From assembly GCA_965267575.1 (NCBI GenBank), contig OZ254086.1:1408001-1472000 (forward strand): a stretch of 64,000 nucleotides of DNA. Direction: 5' to 3'. The translations under genes were made by a program, and so were the position numbers. Positions 59,897-64,000 of the stretch are shown here, one piece after another; positions within the stretch are counted from its first letter, which is position 1; the number at the start of each line of letters is the position of its first letter. The stretch is from Calditrichales bacterium. GTDB taxonomy: Bacteria > Calditrichota > Calditrichia > Calditrichales > J004. Under the pieces are notes generated by a model. The model did no database searches. It saw nothing but the letters and a program-made list of their open reading frames with translations, and was not told where the DNA came from.

Positions 59897-62626
59897 ATGG
59901 ACTATTCAAACTATACCCGCGAACAATTAATAGAGCGCCTGAAACAGCTGGAGCTGCGTGATGCGGTATCCGCCGTTAATACCCAACCGGGCGATACGGA
60001 AAGCCTTGTTCTCGACAGCCTGCCTGTTGCCGTAATCCGTTTTAACAAAACAGGCCGCATGCTTGCCACGAACCGGTTCAGCCATATTATCTTTGCCGCC
60101 CTATCCGATCCGCTTGCGGGTTACAGCAACATTGAAGACAGCCCGGCGGTAAAGCTGATGCAGCTGGAAGAGCCGCTACACAATCTAATTGCCAAAGACA
60201 AGGAGTTTGATTTTGAGACGGAGGGCCTGAGCAGCGGCAAGTATGTACGTTATATGCGCTGCATCGGCCGTGTGTTGCACCCTGGCAATGAAAGCGAAAA
60301 TCAATATGTGCTGATTGTCGGTGATATCACCCAGCGAAAGATCATCGCTTCGCGTTATATCGAGCACAGTTACAACTATAAGGCGCTATTCAAAGTGTCG
60401 CCCAATGCCATTCTGCTGGCCGACGACAACGGCATCATCATCGATGTTAACCCGGCCCTTTATAAATCGCTTGGCTACGAAAAAGATGACTTGATCGGGA
60501 AGAATGTAAAAATATTGGCGCACCCTGAGAACGTAACCGAGGTGGAACGCAATATAAGCCAGATTTTGCGTGGCGACACGTTGCGTCATACCGTAAAAAG
60601 CCGCACGAAAAAAGGTGATATTGTCTACATGGAGCTTCATGAGCGGCGCGTTTTGCTAGCCAACAACCGATACGGTTTTATAAGCGTGGGGCGCAATATC
60701 ACGGAGCGTGTGCTGGCCGAACAGGCCCTCAAAAGTGCCCGCGATCAGCTGCAGGCGGTTATCGATGCGGTGCCGGGAGGTATCAGCTGGATTGGGCGCG
60801 ACCTGCGCTATATCGGCGTGAACCGCCACTTGTGGGAAAGCCATAAGGTCGAAGCGAATGAGTTCATCGGGAAAAAGGTGGATGAATTCGTACCGGTAAG
60901 CGAGGGTTTTATCCAGTTTGCCAAGTCCTTTTTTGCCACCGACCGAACAAAGGACAGTTGCGAAATACAGGATGATTTTGCGGGGCGCAAACGGACATCG
61001 CTGATTGTGGCGCAGAAGTATTCTTCCGGTAACGCCGCCGTTTTTGTTGATATTGATATTACGGAAAGCCGCCACGCCATGGAGCAGCTTGAGGAGGAAC
61101 GCAACTTTAACCGCAGCCTCGTGGAAGCCGCTCCCGCGATCATCGTTATTTTGGAAAAGCCGGATCTGATACGTGAAATAAATAAATACGGCCTGCAACT
61201 GAGCGGCTATCGCCGGGATCAGGTGATAAACAAAAGCTGGATGGAATGTTTCGCGTCGCGCAACGATGAGGAAGATGCCAGGGAGCTTTTAAAAGACATG
61301 TTTATCGAAGGGAAGATGGCGGAAGGCCGGCTGGCATCTTTATACACGCATGACGGCAAGCAGCGGCGCGTTTTGTGGCACAACAGCCTGCTGTCCCGCG
61401 GCACCCGGCAGAACCTGGTTATTGCAGTCGGTATCGATGTAACGGAAAACCTGCGTCTTGAGGAGCAGTTGAGGCAGTCGATCAAGATGGATGCGATTGG
61501 AAAACTGGCAGGAGGCGTCGCTCACGATTTTAACAATCTGCTTACCATAATTAACGGCTATTGCGAACTGCTGTCTCTGGACAAAAAACTGGAGGAGGAG
61601 TCGCAATCCAAGATCGTGCAGATCAGGGATGCGGCGGAGCGGGCGGCGGGCTTAACGTCGCAGTTGCTGGCTTTTAGCCGGCGGCAGATGCTAAAGCCGA
61701 CAATTGTCGATTTGAGCGACTTGGTGCGCAATATGAGTAAGATGGTCTCACGGGTGCTGGATGAAAATATTCGTTTTGAAACGCGCCTGGCTGAAGACCT
61801 GTTTAAGATCAAGGCCGATCCCAACCAGATTGAAAGCGCGCTTCTGAATCTGATCATCAACGCGCGAGACGCCATGCCCGATGGCGGCGAACTGCTAATA
61901 GCAACGGAAAACCTGCATCTGGATGAAGCGGCTGAGTTTAACAGGACGCTGCTGCCGGCCGGTGAATACGTCAAGCTTTCGATACGCGACTCGGGCAAGG
62001 GGATTGCGGAAAACATCCAGGACAAGGTTTTTGAGCCATTTTTTACAACGAAGGATATCGGGCATGGAACCGGCCTTGGACTATCCATGGTTTATGGTGT
62101 GATTAAGCAAACGGGCGGGCACATTGCGCTGGAAAGCGAAGCGGGCAAGGGAGCCTGTTTTAATATTTTCCTGCCCCGCACGAAAGAAAAGGCGCCGCAA
62201 ATAAAGCGCGACGGGCGGGTACATAAAAAGCCTGAGGCCCACTACGGTATTCTTGTTGTTGAAGATGACGATAAAGTGCGCAAGCTGGTTTGCGATATAC
62301 TGGTATCCAACGGCTACGTGGTGCGCAATGCCGCAGACGGCAAAAAGGGACTGCTCGCTTTTCAGGCGGAACCGGAAAAAATAAAGCTTGTTTTAACCGA
62401 TGTTGTCATGCCCGTAATGAACGGCCCGGAGATGGCCAGGCACATCCTCCAGATAAAGCCCTCTGTAAAGATTCTTTATATGTCGGGCCACCCTTATGAT
62501 GTGATGCAGGGGAAGGGTCTTTTGCAATCGGAGGCGGAAATGATCAAGAAGCCTTTCACGCTGGACGAACTTCTGTTGAGGATCAGCGGTCTGGCCGAAA
62601 AAAGCGACCCGAATGAGGTGCTATAA
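59897..62626 (+). CDS. Cytoplasmic multi-PAS hybrid histidine kinase
   Basis: Several PAS domains, AGGVAHDFNNLL, FEPFFTTK..G.GTGLGL, REC VEDD/DVVMP. Confidence 0.93.
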   Translation: MDYSNYTREQLIERLKQLELRDAVSAVNTQPGDTESLVLDSLPVAVIRFNKTGRMLATNRFSHIIFAALSDPLAGYSNIEDSPAVKLMQLEEPLHNLIAKDKEFDFETEGLSSGKYVRYMRCIGRVLHPGNESENQYVLIVGDITQRKIIASRYIEHSYNYKALFKVSPNAILLADDNGIIIDVNPALYKSLGYEKDDLIGKNVKILAHPENVTEVERNISQILRGDTLRHTVKSRTKKGDIVYMELHERRVLLANNRYGFISVGRNITERVLAEQALKSARDQLQAVIDAVPGGISWIGRDLRYIGVNRHLWESHKVEANEFIGKKVDEFVPVSEGFIQFAKSFFATDRTKDSCEIQDDFAGRKRTSLIVAQKYSSGNAAVFVDIDITESRHAMEQLEEERNFNRSLVEAAPAIIVILEKPDLIREINKYGLQLSGYRRDQVINKSWMECFASRNDEEDARELLKDMFIEGKMAEGRLASLYTHDGKQRRVLWHNSLLSRGTRQNLVIAVGIDVTENLRLEEQLRQSIKMDAIGKLAGGVAHDFNNLLTIINGYCELLSLDKKLEEESQSKIVQIRDAAERAAGLTSQLLAFSRRQMLKPTIVDLSDLVRNMSKMVSRVLDENIRFETRLAEDLFKIKADPNQIESALLNLIINARDAMPDGGELLIATENLHLDEAAEFNRTLLPAGEYVKLSIRDSGKGIAENIQDKVFEPFFTTKDIGHGTGLGLSMVYGVIKQTGGHIALESEAGKGACFNIFLPRTKEKAPQIKRDGRVHKKPEAHYGILVVEDDDKVRKLVCDILVSNGYVVRNAADGKKGLLAFQAEPEKIKLVLTDVVMPVMNGPEMARHILQIKPSVKILYMSGHPYDVMQGKGLLQSEAEMIKKPFTLDELLLRISGLAEKSDPNEVL

Positions 62627-62671
62627 TTTTTGATTTGAAAAAACAATCATCGTATATTTAAAAGCTCTGAT

Positions 62672-62755
62672 GCGAAAGTGGTGGAATTGGTAGACGCGCT
62701 AGGTTCAGGGTCTAGTGGGCGCAAGCCCGTGGGGGTTCGAGTCCCCCCTTTCGCA
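62672..62755 (+). tRNA. tRNA-Leu (anticodon CAG), CCA not encoded
   Basis: Acceptor GCGAAAG/CTTTCGC, D-loop TTGGTAG, anticodon arm CTAGG-TTCAGGG-TCTAG, long variable arm, GGTTCGAGTCC. Confidence 0.96.
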
Positions 62756-62764
62756 CAGCAACGG

Positions 62765-62790
62765 GCCCCGCTAAAACGGGGCTTTTTTTT
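62765..62790 (+). terminator. Intrinsic terminator after the tRNA
   Basis: GCCCCG-CTAAAA-CGGGGC-T8. Confidence 0.88.
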
Positions 62791-62794
62791 ATTC

Positions 62795-62827
62795 ATCTTT
62801 TTCATTTTCTTAATCTTTATCTTTTTC
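62795..62827 (+). repeat. Hexamer-periodic repeat, inverted near-copy of 53155-53187
   Basis: atctttttcattttcttaatctttatctttttc; 30/33 identical to the reverse complement of 53155-53187 by manual alignment. Confidence 0.65.
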
Positions 62828-63005
62828 AAAACAATCCGGCATGAAGCCGGGAAGGCAATTATTAGTCTTGCTGCGTTTATGAAGCTGTTGGCAGTTACCG
62901 GCTAAATCCTGAAAATCCCAATCTTTTATATAATCGCCTTTCATTAACGATGCGAACGTTGTAAATTTTTGTGCTTCCCTGTAACCGAATGAGGAGGAAA
63001 TTTAC

Positions 63006-64000
63006 ATGCGTAAGGAAAAGGATGCTTTGGGTCCGGTAATGGTACCGGAGGACAAATACTTTGGAGCGCAGACACAGCGTGCTTCTGATAATTTTAAAAT
63101 CGGTGCGGAGTATTTTCCGAAAGAAATGATACGTGCCCACGCCACAGTTAAAAAAGCGGCGGCACGTGTCAACAGTGCCATCAGCGGCCTTGACAAGAAA
63201 ATCGCCGAAACAATTGAAAAAGCGGCCGATGAAGTGATTGAGGGCAAACTGGATGATCACTTCCCGCTGGTGATCTGGCAAAGCGGCAGCGCGACGCAAT
63301 TTAACATGAACGTCAACGAGGTGATTGCCAACCGCGCCATCAAGATGCTGGGCGGGCAGATGGGCACCAAATCACCGGTGCACCCCAACGATCATGTGAA
63401 TATGTCGCAATCCACCAACGACACGATTCCCACAAGCATGCACGTGGCCACGGTAATCGCCCTGAAGGAAAAACTGCTGCCGGCCGTGAAATACCTGAAG
63501 GAAGGTCTGGACAAAAAAGTAAAGCAGTTTGACGGCATCGTGAAAATTGGGCGCACGCATCTGCAGGACGCCACGCCGCTGACACTGGCACAGGAATTTT
63601 CCGGGTACGCCGCGCAACTGGAACAAGCCTATGAAGCCATCGAAAACACGCTGGATCATTTATACGAACTGGCCATAGGCGGCACAGCCGTTGGCAGCGG
63701 CCTGAATACCAAAGTGGGCTACGACAAAAAAATGGCCGAAGAGATCAGCACAATTACCGGGCACCCGTTTAAAGCGGGCCGTAATAAATTTGCCGGTCTG
63801 GCCGCCCATGATGCCATCGTGGAAACTTCCGGCGCGCTGAAAACGCTGGCCGCGGCGATGATGAAGATTGCCAATGATATCCGCTGGCTTGGCAGCGGAC
63901 CCCGTTCCGGTCTGGGCGAGCTAAACCTGCCGGCCAATGAACCAGGCAGCTCGATCATGCCGGGCAAGGTGAATCCCACGCAGTGCGAAATGGTGACACA
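63006..64000 (+). CDS. fumC: Class II fumarate hydratase, runs off the right edge
   Basis: Translated by hand: [90 protein letters not shown]. Confidence 0.95.
   Translation, partial: MRKEKDALGPVMVPEDKYFGAQTQRASDNFKIGAEYFPKEMIRAHATVKKAAARVNSAISGLDKKIAETIEKAADEVIEGKLDDHFPLVIWQSGSATQFNMNVNEVIANRAIKMLGGQMGTKSPVHPNDHVNMSQSTNDTIPTSMHVATVIALKEKLLPAVKYLKEGLDKKVKQFDGIVKIGRTHLQDATPLTLAQEFSGYAAQLEQAYEAIENTLDHLYELAIGGTAVGSGLNTKVGYDKKMAEEISTITGHPFKAGRNKFAGLAAHDAIVETSGALKTLAAAMMKIANDIRWLGSGPRSGLGELNLPANEPGSSIMPGKVNPTQCEMVT

Noticed and set aside
52014-62827. Genomic island integrated at tRNA-Leu
   Set aside because: No duplicated tRNA 3' end or integrase was seen. The shared repeat is inverted and low-complexity.
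62647-62905. Short ORFs over the tRNA region
   Set aside because: They overlap tRNA-Leu, its terminator and the hexamer repeat.

Overview
Gene-dense bacterial chromosomal window, mostly housekeeping. The gene content (FlgD/T9SS-like C-terminal domain, Bacteroidota/Chlamydia-type topoisomerase IV, DTT[T/S]H[N/A]FTW lipoproteins) suggests an FCB-group organism such as Calditrichota or Ignavibacteria; this is an inference. Main features are a partial tricorn protease, an OPT transporter, the classical menaquinone operon menG-F-D-H-B-A-C-E, AbgT, nth, thyX, ferritin, a radical SAM protein, proline dehydrogenase, proC, two PAS hybrid kinases, lgt, parE/parC, an M14 carboxypeptidase, an SSS symporter, vapBC, a PD-(D/E)XK-DinG helicase, tRNA-Leu(CAG) and a partial fumC. 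The most unusual part is 51.7-54.3 kb. A roughly 300-bp spacer stacked with several short-repeat types precedes two divergent paralogous lipoprotein genes, the first of them frameshifted. Each gene is bracketed by a GTAG-type REP-like palindrome at about 1.13-kb spacing, giving a cassette-like array with no recombinase in the window. No CRISPR array, integrase, transposase or rRNA was found.
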